The translations under genes were made by a program, and so were the position numbers. Positions 1 to 9,805 of a stretch of DNA of 64,000 bases are shown one piece after another; position 1 is the stretch's first letter; every line of letters starts with the position of its first letter. The stretch is from positions 1,596 to 65,595 of the forward strand of contig JBEBPN010000021.1 in the NCBI GenBank assembly GCA_040395895.1, given 5' to 3'. The DNA comes from Dysgonomonas hofstadii. Lineage in GTDB: Bacteria; Bacteroidota; Bacteroidia; Bacteroidales; Dysgonomonadaceae. Under the pieces are notes generated by a model. It searched no databases and was not told the DNA's origin. It was given only the letters and a program-made list of their open reading frames with translations.

Positions 1-1169
1 TTTATCAATTCTTCTAATATAGGCTCTTTATTGAAATCAACTTTCGTCCCTTCTTTTAATATATCGCCCTCAGGAGCATATCCGGTTCCGGTAACTGCAA
101 AGTCTCCATCGCGGATTTCTACCATTTTTACGGTCATTTCATTTTTGGTGAGGGTTCCGGTCTTATCAGAGCAAATAACCGATACCGACCCTAGTGTTTC
201 TACCGAAGGCAGGGTACGGACAATGGCTTTTCGTTTTGCCATATTCTGAACGCCTATAGCCAGTATGATGGAAAGGATGGCAGGCAATCCTTCGGGAATA
301 GCAGCAACAGCCAGCCCGATAACTGACATCAGTAACTCACCTGTTTCGTAATGGCGAAAGAAGTGACCAAAAATGAATATAATAGCAGCGAGAACAACAA
401 TTATGGCTGATACCGCTTTCCCAAACTGAGCAGTTTGCCTCAGTAGCGGAGTGGTTATTTCATCCACCTGCGAAATCATTTCATTTATTTTGCCAATTTC
501 AGTATCTTTCCCGATAGCAACGACAATACCCATACCTGTTCCCGCACTAACCGTAGTACTCGAAAAAGCCATGTTTATCCGGTCGCCAAGCATTGTGTCC
601 GGTTCCAGAGCTTCGACCCGTTTTTCGGATGGAACAGATTCCCCTGTAAGGGGAGACTCTTCTATTTTGAGGTTATCGGCGCTTATCAGCCGCAGGTCTG
701 CAGGCACTTTATCACCCGGACTTAGCAGTACAATATCACCGATTGTCAGCAGCGAAGCATCTACTTCGGAGCGTACTCCTTCTCTGATGACCTGCGCTTT
801 CAGGGATAAGAGTTTCTTTATATCTTCGAGTGCTTTCTCTGCCTTATTTTCCTGAAAATATCCGATGGAAGCATTTACTACAGCTACCAGCATAATAACG
901 ATGGTATCAGCATAATGCCCTAATATAGCGGTTACGATTGCTGCTGCAAAGAGTATATATATTAGTATATCGTTGAAGTGTTTAAGGAAACGGATAATAT
1001 TACTTTGTCTTTTCTTTTCAGGAAGTACATTTTCTCCAAATTGCTTTAATCTCTCCTGAATTTCTGTATTCGATAATCCTTTCGATGGGTTCGACTCTAA
1101 TGTCTCTACTATCGTTTCTTTATCTATCGAATACCATTCTTTTTGTGCGTGTAAGTATTCTTTTCTCAT
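1..1169 (-). CDS. Cation-translocating P-type ATPase, N-terminal ~389 aa; the gene runs off the window at position 1
   Basis: My own translation of the minus strand from the ATG at 1169-1167 gives MRKEYLHAQKEWYSIDKETIVETLESNPSKGLSNTEIQERLKQFGENVLPEKK... It contains PLTGES (actuator TGES) and ICSDKTGTLT (phospho-Asp) motifs and stays open to the window edge. It is absent from the ORF track because no stop lies in the window. The + ORFs 31..249 and 451..855 are antisense shadows. Confidence 0.9.
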   Translation of the reverse strand, partial: MRKEYLHAQKEWYSIDKETIVETLESNPSKGLSNTEIQERLKQFGENVLPEKKRQSNIIRFLKHFNDILIYILFAAAIVTAILGHYADTIVIMLVAVVNASIGYFQENKAEKALEDIKKLLSLKAQVIREGVRSEVDASLLTIGDIVLLSPGDKVPADLRLISADNLKIEESPLTGESVPSEKRVEALEPDTMLGDRINMAFSSTTVSAGTGMGIVVAIGKDTEIGKINEMISQVDEITTPLLRQTAQFGKAVSAIIVVLAAIIFIFGHFFRHYETGELLMSVIGLAVAAIPEGLPAILSIILAIGVQNMAKRKAIVRTLPSVETLGSVSVICSDKTGTLTKNEMTVKMVEIRDGDFAVTGTGYAPEGDILKEGTKVDFNKEPILEELI

Positions 1170-1303
1170 AATATAATTGTTTCATAACAAACAACTATAT
1201 ATAGCTTTTGGTTCTTTAATTAGCAATAGAAAAGTATTTTTTAGTTATTAATACAATATGGGTTCGTTCACTGAGTATGACATCGCCGGTGATAAGGTTA
1301 GTC

Positions 1304-2050
1304 TTAAATATCAATAATCAACTTGGGGTTATATCCGTTATATTTATCACTGATATATCCGTGAGGATTGCATACAATCTTAGTTTCGCCTATCATGTAT
1401 TCGGCAGGCTGATGTATATGTCCATGTATCCAGTAATTTGGTTTATATTCTAATATAAAGGATTCCAGATCAGATGCGTATGCAGATGAAACGGCATCTT
1501 CTTTAAATTCCTCGGGAATGGACTTTATACTGGGTGCATGGTGTGTGACGACTATATTTTTATCGGTAACAGACTCCTTAAGGCTATTTTCTAACCACTT
1601 CATGGAATTGTAGTGCATGTTATATGTATCTATGGAGCGTAATTTTGAATAAGATGGGTCTAAACGGATTAACCGATAATCATTCATTCGCGATTGACAT
1701 ATGCTTCCGTAAACTCTGGGATTTCCGTACAATTCAAAATTAGTCCAGAGAGTAGTGCCATGAAAAGTTATATCGTTTATTATATCGGATTTGTTTTCCA
1801 ATACATGAATATTGGTGTTTTCGGCTAGTGCTTCTATCTTATACAGTGTTTTTGGATAACTGCCTCTGTAGTATTCGTGATTACCCAATATGTAGATAAC
1901 GGGCATTTCTTTCACATTCGCTTTTAACCATTCTATACCCTTAATGCCCAAGTTCAAGTCTCCTGCAACAATAAGCAAATCAATATCACTAAAGTCTAAT
2001 ACTGACATTCCAAATTCGTGATGTAAATCGCTTATTATTTGTATTTTCAT
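1304..2050 (-). CDS. Metallophosphoesterase (calcineurin-like phosphoesterase family)
   Basis: 248-aa ORF carrying the ordered motifs SDLHHE (DxH), VAGDL (GD), LGNHEYY (GNHE), VTHHAP and IHGHIH (GHxH). Confidence 0.85.
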   Translation of the reverse strand: MKIQIISDLHHEFGMSVLDFSDIDLLIVAGDLNLGIKGIEWLKANVKEMPVIYILGNHEYYRGSYPKTLYKIEALAENTNIHVLENKSDIINDITFHGTTLWTNFELYGNPRVYGSICQSRMNDYRLIRLDPSYSKLRSIDTYNMHYNSMKWLENSLKESVTDKNIVVTHHAPSIKSIPEEFKEDAVSSAYASDLESFILEYKPNYWIHGHIHQPAEYMIGETKIVCNPHGYISDKYNGYNPKLIIDI

Positions 2051-2501
2051 AGAATCGTTTTATATTAATCTATCTTTTTATTACGACACAAAGGTAGTGA
2101 TCGGAATCGGAATTATTATCTGTTTAAGCCTAAATATGATACAGATGAAACGGTTAGCCATCCGGAAAAATTAGGAGTAAAGCTACAGGGAAATATCCGG
2201 GAATATATCGATTTACGGCTATAAGAAACAATACAAAAATCTATATCCAAAAAATGTATCTGATTAATATTTAGTATATTAATTGCTATCTCTTGTCATA
2301 AAAATTCATATCAGACAATCGCCATATTTTATTACTCATGCCTAATCCGTAGCTTTGAAATACTTAATTGTATAGCCTGATTTATAACACAGATGAGAAC
2401 AAAACAATTCAAGGGTACATTCCAGATACAGAAATAATAACACCTTATAAACCAGCGGTCAAATACGACTTTTGGCCGTTGCAAACTAAATTATTAAAAC
2501 T

Positions 2502-4475
2502 ATGAAGAAAATCTTTCTATGGGTGCTAATACCCTTGTTAGCGATGTCGTGTAGCAACAACGACTTGAATGAAATGACCGATTTGAAAAGCAAATTAGTA
2601 AATTCCGAGTATTCATTTTATCCATCGATTATTAATTATCCTGATAATGACACTCCTACCACCAAAGCCGGTGTTTATACAAGTGAAAAATGGGATGATT
2701 ATGCAGTAATCAAGATTTACTTTATGAACGGAGAACCCGCTATCGTAAAGAAAGTAAAGGAAATCGCGTCCCAATACACGGATTTAACTAATTTAACGTT
2801 CAAATATGTTGATAATGCAGCAAACTCAGATGTACGAATAAGGTTTTCTTATGTTGGAGAAAGCTCTTATGAACTTGTAAACTGGTCGTTTCTTGGGACA
2901 GAATGCCTAAGCCAAAATGTAACTGATCCGACAATGAATCTTGTAATACAAGACCGGAGTGCGTACCTTAGCAGCGAGATGTTCAGAGGCGAGATACTTC
3001 GCAACTTTGGACGTATGTTGGGAATGGTATACGAATATTCACATACAAGCGATGGCATGTATGTTGAATTAAATAAAACAGCTGTAATGTCCGATTTTCA
3101 ATCGAATGGCTGGGTTATAAACGCTCAAGCTAAAGCAAAAATCAATAAGTTATTTTTTGCTCCAGCCGTTTGGGAAGGAGATTTGTACGAAAACGGTATA
3201 ACTCCTCAATTTGATGCTAATTCAATTATGTTACCTTACATTCCTTCATCATGGATTGACGAATTTATGTCGGAGGAACAGTATTTAGATTTGATTGTAG
3301 AAAAAGAAAATACTCAGTTATCTGCCAATGATAAAGCGTATATTGCGAAGGTTTACCCTATACCACCAATCGATGATCCTGTTCAGGGTCCTAAAGGCAA
3401 TATTACCATATCACTTGCAAGCCTTCCTATCAATATGGGCGTTTGGGGTATCAGTTACATAGGTTGGGATTACCGTATCAATCAGGAGATTGGCAGCCCG
3501 CGCATCATTGGCGATTATCCGACAATCAGGGTAGGAGAATACGAATGGACAACCCAGAACCTGCGAATGAAATACCGCGGAAACTCTCTTAACTTCCTCA
3601 ACTTCGACAATACGATGGTAAACTTTGTGGCTGGGAACGCATTCGGGAATAACACCAATACGGTAGAAGAATTTGAAAAAGTCTTTGGTACTTGGGTTAC
3701 CGAGTTATATATAGTGGGAGACGAATACAATGTGGCCACAACATACCGCGACGATGATGCAGCCTATACCAGAAACGACAATGTATTCCCTGCAGCAAAT
3801 GTTGCTTTCGATTTGCCGGACGTAACGGCAATCCTCCAGCTATTCGGGCAGATGCCGCATAAATCCGGCGATGTGTACACAGACTTCCGTAATTATACGT
3901 TTGGCGTACCTGAAGGTGTAGATTCTCAGATGGCAGCCGATCTGGCTCAGGCCATGCCGCTACTAAACAGCAACAACGCCAATCTTTCAGGTCTCAGCCT
4001 GCTTCCGCTCGGCTCAATGGATGCGCATGGATTGGGAATGGATGTATATTCGCCAAATGCTGCGTGGACAAACGGCAATAATGCGTTTATGACTACCGGA
4101 ACCGGCATAAAGCTGAAAATGAAAGGATTCCATCGTAATTTCAATTTCTACGAAGCAGGGGAGAATGACAGGCAGGCTATACTCAACCAATATCTGTGGC
4201 ATTGGGGTAGCGCAAGGTATTGCAGGGCTATATCTGACGAAGAGCTCGGATACAAATTGTATGTGGATGAATCCTCCGACATAGTCGTTTATTTACCATA
4301 CGGTGAAGAGCCGGAATCGGGCTATACGGAATTACCACGGGGTATACAGCGGGGAGTGGCATTAAGCTACCTGTATACGGATGTAGACAAAGGAATTTAC
4401 TACTTTACTAAATCCTGGTCTAAAATACAGGAAGAAGCTACTGATATACGATATAATATTGGTGTTAGCAATTAA
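2502..4475 (+). CDS. Lipoprotein with an N-terminal astacin/metzincin-like domain whose catalytic motif is degenerate, plus a C-terminal Fibrobacter-succinogenes-paralogous-type (FISUMP-like) domain
   Basis: Signal peptide with lipobox MKKIFLWVLIPLLAMSC. ILRNFGRMLGMVYEYSH aligns to the astacin ILHEFGHALGFYHEHSR with all His/Glu replaced. IRVGEYEWTTQNL and a late WHWGSARYCRAI resemble the FISUMP signature. A terminator follows. Confidence 0.75.
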   Translation: MKKIFLWVLIPLLAMSCSNNDLNEMTDLKSKLVNSEYSFYPSIINYPDNDTPTTKAGVYTSEKWDDYAVIKIYFMNGEPAIVKKVKEIASQYTDLTNLTFKYVDNAANSDVRIRFSYVGESSYELVNWSFLGTECLSQNVTDPTMNLVIQDRSAYLSSEMFRGEILRNFGRMLGMVYEYSHTSDGMYVELNKTAVMSDFQSNGWVINAQAKAKINKLFFAPAVWEGDLYENGITPQFDANSIMLPYIPSSWIDEFMSEEQYLDLIVEKENTQLSANDKAYIAKVYPIPPIDDPVQGPKGNITISLASLPINMGVWGISYIGWDYRINQEIGSPRIIGDYPTIRVGEYEWTTQNLRMKYRGNSLNFLNFDNTMVNFVAGNAFGNNTNTVEEFEKVFGTWVTELYIVGDEYNVATTYRDDDAAYTRNDNVFPAANVAFDLPDVTAILQLFGQMPHKSGDVYTDFRNYTFGVPEGVDSQMAADLAQAMPLLNSNNANLSGLSLLPLGSMDAHGLGMDVYSPNAAWTNGNNAFMTTGTGIKLKMKGFHRNFNFYEAGENDRQAILNQYLWHWGSARYCRAISDEELGYKLYVDESSDIVVYLPYGEEPESGYTELPRGIQRGVALSYLYTDVDKGIYYFTKSWSKIQEEATDIRYNIGVSN

Positions 4476-4497
4476 TAGAATTTAAAATCAATCACAG

Positions 4498-4542
4498 GTA
4501 ATAAGGAACTGCTCTGTCTGTTCCTTATTACTTTGTTTTTTT
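4498..4542 (+). terminator. Rho-independent terminator of the 2502..4475 gene
   Basis: 12-bp stem GTAATAAGGAAC (4498-4509) / GTTCCTTATTAC (4520-4531), followed by TTTGTTTTTTT. Confidence 0.75.
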
Positions 4543-4649
4543 AAGCTAATGTAATGAATGATTAATATATTCCTTAGTGATCCGTATTAGGAATGAATAG
4601 AGAAACTGACAGATGTGAGAATTAAATATTGTTACATAGCTTTCTAAAA

Positions 4650-5585
4650 TTATAGTGTCCTGTTCCTATCCAAACTTTTTATTATAGAATCGAGTTGCAG
4701 CGATACTTTTTTTGCACCATAACGGCTCAGGTGATTACCATCAAAAAAGTCTTCGGTGGTATATCCTGAGCTGTATTCGTTCATGTCGTAATAATACACG
4801 CCTTCGTTCTTGCTCAGGTCGTTCATCAATCCCCTGAGTATATTCATCTGCTTGTCGTAGGTGTATTTTCGGTAATCTTCATGGAAGGGTAATGTAACCA
4901 GTATAACGCGGGCATTTTTTTGCCGTGCCATTTCCACTATTTTTATGATGTAGCCTGCATTTTCCCTGACCAAAGGCATATTCAGGCTTCTTACCGTGTG
5001 GCGTATCGCAACCTCTTTGGCTTTCACTTGCAGGGCTGTAAGGTTAGTGGCCGGTTCGAGTTCTATCATGCCCTGACGTGTCATTTTATATGCAGGATCG
5101 TCTTTATTAATGTAATATTGCTTTATCCGGCGGACATTGTTTCCCATTGCATCCTGAAATATAAGCGGTTTGCGGCTTTCGCTATACCCTGTGTCGATAC
5201 CGTAATAGCGGTAATATGGCAAACGCCATTTTTCGACACTTGTTTCCAGTTTGAAGAACAGGGAAGGGTAGGAGACAGCGAGTAGTATATATTCGAGCGA
5301 ATCGAGCCTGTCTATTTCTTTTTCTACTATGGCGCAATCCATGTCGAGCGACTGCGATACCTGTGCCGCATTGAATGTATATTTGGAAAAGTATTGCGGA
5401 TCGAATCCGTAAGCCCCGCTGGAATTTCCCAGACAAAGTATTTTCACCCTTTGCTCGTCTTGGTGCAGATATTCCGCTTTCAGACGATATGTACTCGGTA
5501 TCTCTCTCAGCATATATTCCATCACCGACAGTACAAGTACCACCGGAGCAAGAAACAGAAGCGTATATGTGATAAACCTTTTCAT
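4650..5585 (-). CDS. SGNH/GDSL-like hydrolase-fold protein, membrane-anchored, partner of the upstream MBOAT acyltransferase
   Basis: 311 aa with an N-terminal TM helix. LCLGNSSG matches the block I Ser and DGNHLS the block V DxxH. The start lies 4 nt downstream of the MBOAT stop, so it is operonic. Confidence 0.7.
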   Translation of the reverse strand: MKRFITYTLLFLAPVVLVLSVMEYMLREIPSTYRLKAEYLHQDEQRVKILCLGNSSGAYGFDPQYFSKYTFNAAQVSQSLDMDCAIVEKEIDRLDSLEYILLAVSYPSLFFKLETSVEKWRLPYYRYYGIDTGYSESRKPLIFQDAMGNNVRRIKQYYINKDDPAYKMTRQGMIELEPATNLTALQVKAKEVAIRHTVRSLNMPLVRENAGYIIKIVEMARQKNARVILVTLPFHEDYRKYTYDKQMNILRGLMNDLSKNEGVYYYDMNEYSSGYTTEDFFDGNHLSRYGAKKVSLQLDSIIKSLDRNRTL

Positions 5586-5589
5586 AACG

Positions 5590-7029
5590 TCAGAACTGAA
5601 AATAGATGAATAAACGTTGCTCTCCCCAATAGATTATAATAAGCGCTATAATGAAATAGTAGAACAGCCACCTGAGCGCCCTGCTATTCACTTTTTGCCC
5701 GATACCTTCCAGTGCGTAATTGTCTTCCCTGCCCAGCCACTCTATCACTACAAGGAGGAGCATAAGCAGAAAAACCTGACCCGAATATACTTTTGGCAGG
5801 CTGAAAAGGTCGGCGGTAAACATATTCCTGATATACCCGAATGCCTGTGTCATACTTTCGGAGCGGAAGAATATGCGTGAGAAAGCAATCAACAGGAATG
5901 TACCTCCCATCTGGAAAAACTCTTTTACCGATGGCAGGAATTTTCCATGTGCCACGCTGTTGAGATACTTGCGGTTGGTTTTGAATACGATCGACGGCAG
6001 TATAAACAGGGCATTGAGCAGCCCCCAGACAATGAAAGTCCAGTCGGCTCCGTGCCAGAATCCGCTGAGGATAAAGATAATAAAAACGTTCCGTATCGTC
6101 TTAGCCTGCCCTTCGCGGCTACCGCCCATAGGGATATACAGATAGTCTCTGAACCACGAGGTGAGCGATATATGCCATCTGCGCCAGAACTCGGCTACAT
6201 TGCGTGAAAAATAAGGAAAATTGAAATTTTTGAAAACCTCGAACCCAAACAGTCGTGCCGTACCTATGGCAATGTCCGAATAGCCGGAGAAGTCACCGTA
6301 AGTCTGGAATGAGAACAGTATAATGCCCAGTACGAGTGTGCTGCCATGCAGTTCCCCGTAATTGTTGAATATATTGTCGGCAAGCGAACCGCAGTTATCT
6401 GCAATTACTATTTTCTTGAAAAATCCCCAGAGTATTTGCCGCAATCCGTCTACAGCCTTGCTTCCGTCAAATGTGCGTGCTTTTTCGGTCTGTGGCAGCA
6501 GGTGTGTCGCCCGTTCTATAGGGCCGGCTACCAGTAGCGGAAAGAAGGAGACGAACAGCGAATAATTGACAAGGCTTTTGGTCGGTTGTATCTTATTGTT
6601 GTAAATGTCGAACAAGTACGATAGCCCGTGAAAGGTATAGAACGAAATGCCTATAGGCAGTATAATATGCAGGGTAAGCGGATGCGCTTCCATTCCGAAC
6701 AGATTCAACAGATCGGCAAACGATTGTATGAAAAAGTTGAAATACTTGAAGTAGCACAGAAATCCAAGACTGACCACTACACCAAGCCACAACCAGCGTT
6801 TGCGCCCTTTGGCAGACTCAGCCGAAGCGATGCGTTGTCCTGTATAATAACAAATGAGTGTGGATATAGCGAGTAATCCCAGAAAACGCCAGTCCCAAAA
6901 GCCATAAAAGAAGTAGCTGGCTGCAAGTAGCAGTATATTCTGCTGTTTGAGTTTGTCGTTGTAGACAAACCAATATAGCAAAAATACTACCGGCAGAAAT
7001 ATGAGAAAAGCATAGGAATTAAATAGCAT
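5590..7029 (-). CDS. MBOAT family O-acyltransferase (AlgI/DltB-like)
   Basis: 479 aa and polytopic. Contains FWRRWHISLTSWFRDYLYIPMGGSR and SGFWHGADW, the conserved MBOAT His motifs. Confidence 0.9.
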   Translation of the reverse strand: MLFNSYAFLIFLPVVFLLYWFVYNDKLKQQNILLLAASYFFYGFWDWRFLGLLAISTLICYYTGQRIASAESAKGRKRWLWLGVVVSLGFLCYFKYFNFFIQSFADLLNLFGMEAHPLTLHIILPIGISFYTFHGLSYLFDIYNNKIQPTKSLVNYSLFVSFFPLLVAGPIERATHLLPQTEKARTFDGSKAVDGLRQILWGFFKKIVIADNCGSLADNIFNNYGELHGSTLVLGIILFSFQTYGDFSGYSDIAIGTARLFGFEVFKNFNFPYFSRNVAEFWRRWHISLTSWFRDYLYIPMGGSREGQAKTIRNVFIIFILSGFWHGADWTFIVWGLLNALFILPSIVFKTNRKYLNSVAHGKFLPSVKEFFQMGGTFLLIAFSRIFFRSESMTQAFGYIRNMFTADLFSLPKVYSGQVFLLMLLLVVIEWLGREDNYALEGIGQKVNSRALRWLFYYFIIALIIIYWGEQRLFIYFQF

Positions 7030-7051
7030 ATATCTTAGGGTAATAGAGCAC

Positions 7052-7987
7052 CTATTTGGAACTTACTATCTTGTCTCCGTTAAAAGTCAGGCTGCCCGCA
7101 GGATATGTCCATGTTTCGGTATTTCCGTTTTTCTTAATGTCTTGAGGTTCGCCCCATGCAAGCCGTGCCATGTCTTTTGTCATGCCCGTTCTGATCTTAT
7201 TTTGCAGGATGCGGCGAAAATTGTTGACATTGTACTTGCGGGTTAATTCTTTTGCCTCGTCGGCCGTATATATTTTCTTTATGCCGTCTACACTGTCAAA
7301 GATAGAGTAGGGAACAGTGGTTTTCACTCCTTTGCTCTCCAGTACAAGGGATAGTTCGTTTGTCGAATTATCGATGTTTACGTCCGCACATTTCCATGTT
7401 TGTCCGGTAGTGAATGGTACTGCTGCTCTGGTGATGAGGTTACGCGATATTTTCAGTATATCGTCCGACAGTACATATTCCTTTCCGGTTCGTATCTGTC
7501 TTTGCTTTTCAAAATATCCTCTTACTATGAATGGGAATGTATATTCAGAGTTGGTATTGTACTTGTAATATACAATGTCTCCGCTCGATAGTTCCTGCAA
7601 TTTCAGATAAAAGTCATCTTCGTATGCAGCCTTGTCCGTTTTTGTATTCGGGTGTTTGATGACTTCCAGCACATGAAAATATTTGTGTGCCATATCTTCG
7701 TAGCGCGAACTGTAGTTTTCGTTTGGCTTGTATATATTTTTTTCATCGTTGAGCAGATCATCATCCTTTTTGTAGTTGATTATAAATCCATTGTAACCAT
7801 AAGCCTGCGATGATTTGCTCAGCCCTTTCAGGAATAGTTCCTGTCCGGTGTATGCCATTGCATTTTTGCCTAAAAAGTTGGCAGTGCTGTCGTATGGTAC
7901 GGTAATTGTTTGTTGATTATTACTTGTTTGTGCATGTATGCCGATTGCTAACAAGGCAATGAGCACAGTGAGAATTGTTCTTTTCAT
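7052..7987 (-). CDS. Secreted hypothetical protein with a C-terminal SmpA/OmlA (BamE-like) motif
   Basis: Signal peptide MKRTILTVLIALLAIGIHAQ. The C-terminal GMTKDMARLAWGEPQDI...ETWTY resembles the BamE-like fold signature. Confidence 0.65.
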   Translation of the reverse strand: MKRTILTVLIALLAIGIHAQTSNNQQTITVPYDSTANFLGKNAMAYTGQELFLKGLSKSSQAYGYNGFIINYKKDDDLLNDEKNIYKPNENYSSRYEDMAHKYFHVLEVIKHPNTKTDKAAYEDDFYLKLQELSSGDIVYYKYNTNSEYTFPFIVRGYFEKQRQIRTGKEYVLSDDILKISRNLITRAAVPFTTGQTWKCADVNIDNSTNELSLVLESKGVKTTVPYSIFDSVDGIKKIYTADEAKELTRKYNVNNFRRILQNKIRTGMTKDMARLAWGEPQDIKKNGNTETWTYPAGSLTFNGDKIVSSK

Positions 7988-8215
7988 TTGTTTATAATTT
8001 TCCTGAGCATCAAAAGTACGAATATTGATTTATATATAGACATTGTTTTGTATCGGATGGTTTAATAGAAATATTTATTTGCTGTTTAAGTTTTTGTAAA
8101 ATAGATATTTATGTGTTTTGTTCAAAAAAAATCAGAAAACTTTAAAATATCTTTTTCCCCCATTCGTCATAAATAGTAAGGATATATCTTAATAAAGAAT
8201 TGAAACAGAAACAAC

Positions 8216-8356
8216 ATGGAAGAAAATAATATAGAAAAAATCACAAAAGAATTAGATGTAATTCCGGTGGCAACAATCATTGCATCTTTGCTGTTGACAG
8301 CAGCAAGCATTATATACCTTTTCTATTGGGTAGGGGATAATATATCATTATATTAA
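8216..8356 (+). CDS. Possible 46-aa small membrane protein
   Basis: My own reading gives ATG..TAA, MEENNIEKITKELDVIPVATIIASLLLTAASIIYLFYWVGDNISLY, with one TM helix. It lies 22 nt upstream of the next gene and is below the ORF-track length cutoff. Confidence 0.3.
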   Translation: MEENNIEKITKELDVIPVATIIASLLLTAASIIYLFYWVGDNISLY

Positions 8357-8378
8357 CGAAGTAAAAAACAAAATAAAT

Positions 8379-8798
8379 ATGAAAGATTTCAGAAGAAAAA
8401 AGTTTGTCGGCATTTTTATCTTTATAGCAGTGTTTGCTGCTGCGATAGCTATTGTAATGCTTTTGTGGAATGCGCTGATACCATCTATTATAGGATGGAC
8501 AACTATAAATTACTGGCAGGCTGCCGGACTGATGATACTGAGTCGTCTATTGCTCGGAGGATTCGGGCGATTCGGCAGATTTGGAGGTAAGAGACACCAT
8601 TTCAAGCAAAAGCGTGAAGAATTTCGCCAATGGCATATGCTGAGAGATCAGATGAAGGATATGACAAAGGAAGAACGCAGGGAGTATATGCGTAAACATA
8701 TGAGATATCACGGCTTTGGTGGCGGAGCATGCGGTAAAGACGAGACTCGGGAAGATAACAGAGGCGATGACAGAAGAAGTGCTGAATATGACGGCTGA
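8379..8798 (+). CDS. Membrane protein with an Arg/His/Met-rich cytoplasmic tail, encoded immediately upstream of and overlapping an ECF sigma gene
   Basis: 139 aa. Two predicted TM helices are followed by GGFGRFGRFGGKRHHFKQKREEFRQWHMLRDQMKDMTKEERREYMRKHMRYHGFGGG. Confidence 0.65.
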   Translation: MKDFRRKKFVGIFIFIAVFAAAIAIVMLLWNALIPSIIGWTTINYWQAAGLMILSRLLLGGFGRFGRFGGKRHHFKQKREEFRQWHMLRDQMKDMTKEERREYMRKHMRYHGFGGGACGKDETREDNRGDDRRSAEYDG

Positions 8799-9357
8799 TC
8801 TGCAAAAAGAACAGCAGAGCGTTTCGGATATATTCAAAAAGTACCGGTCGCAACTGAAGAACTACATATCCAAGCGGGTTATGTCGAAGGAGGACGGGGA
8901 AGACATCTTACAGAATGTTTTCTACCAGCTATCCAAGATCGACCTGATAGAAAAACCTATCGAACAGGTTTCCGCATGGTTGTATTCGGTTGCCAATAAC
9001 CAGATCATAGACCGCAGTCGTAAGCACCGCGAGGTAGAGATGCCTTATGTGAAAACGCAGGACGATGACGAACTGTTTCTGTCGGAGGTGACAAGCCTGC
9101 TGATGGATGAGGACGCATCTCCCGAAACGGAGTATCTGCGTACGCTGGTATGGGACGAACTGGAAGCGGCCTTGTCGGAACTACCACCCGAACAACGTGA
9201 GGTATTCGACCTGACCGAAATGGACGGTTTCTCGTTCAAGGAGATTGCCGAAACAATGGATATTCCGGTCAATACGCTGATATCGAGAAAGCGCTATGCC
9301 GTGCTGCATCTTCGCGAGCGGTTACGTACTTTGTATGAGGAATTGCTGGAAGGATAG
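8767..9357 (+). CDS. RNA polymerase ECF-type sigma-70 family factor
   Basis: Region 2 (EDILQNVFYQL..., WLYSVANNQIIDRSRK) and region 4 (LPPEQREVFDLTEMDGFSFKEIAETMDIPVNTLISRKRYA). The track ORF starts at TTG 8716. In-frame ATGs lie at 8767 and 8788, so the start is uncertain. Confidence 0.85.
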   Translation: MTEEVLNMTADLQKEQQSVSDIFKKYRSQLKNYISKRVMSKEDGEDILQNVFYQLSKIDLIEKPIEQVSAWLYSVANNQIIDRSRKHREVEMPYVKTQDDDELFLSEVTSLLMDEDASPETEYLRTLVWDELEAALSELPPEQREVFDLTEMDGFSFKEIAETMDIPVNTLISRKRYAVLHLRERLRTLYEELLEG

Positions 9358-9413
9358 GTTTAGTGAATAACTAACTTTTCACGCAAAATATTAAATAATA
9401 GTTTTCATAAAAC

Positions 9414-9444
9414 AAGCTCCGGACAAATCACTTGCCCGGAGCTT
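9414..9444 (+). terminator. Hairpin terminator after the sigma gene
   Basis: AAGCTCCGG (9414-9422) pairs with CCGGAGCTT (9436-9444). The T-tract that follows (CCCATTTTG) is weak. Confidence 0.5.
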
Positions 9445-9570
9445 CCCATTTTGCAAAAAATCAACTATTAATTAATCCACACTATATGGAAAACACAGTT
9501 TATCTATAAAATTCCATTTCGGCACAGCTTACAAAGTTTCCTATATCCGATTTTGCTATATAAATAAAGT

Positions 9571-9640
9571 GCAAACGCATCAAAGTTATTTCGCCCCTAC
9601 AAGTGCCGGAACCCATTATATAAATTTTTGATGTGTTTGC
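9571..9640. repeat. Long inverted repeat enclosing a half copy of the GCCCCTAC repeat
   Basis: GCAAACGCATCAAA (9571-9584) against TTTGATGTGTTTGC (9627-9640), 13/14 complementary. The loop contains TTTCGCCCCTAC (9589-9600). Confidence 0.5.
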
Positions 9641-9805
9641 CTGATATAAATACGATTTTGAGAATCTGCTTGTACTCACTTACCGATCGTTTGTTTTATT
9701 GTTTTTTAAGTTAAATAGATGAATAATCTGCGAGTGTCCTTATCTCTATGTAAAAAAAGAGTTTGTCTTTAATGAAATTATATAAGACTAATTAATTGTA
9801 TTTAG

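Noticed and set aside
8135-8170. Possible ECF promoter upstream of the 8216/8379 operon; CGTCATA is shared with the 17012 promoter.
   Set aside because: The only AAC-containing -35 candidate (GAAAAC, 8135-8140) is 24 nt from CGTC, which is too far for ECF promoters. The shared heptamer is likely coincidental.
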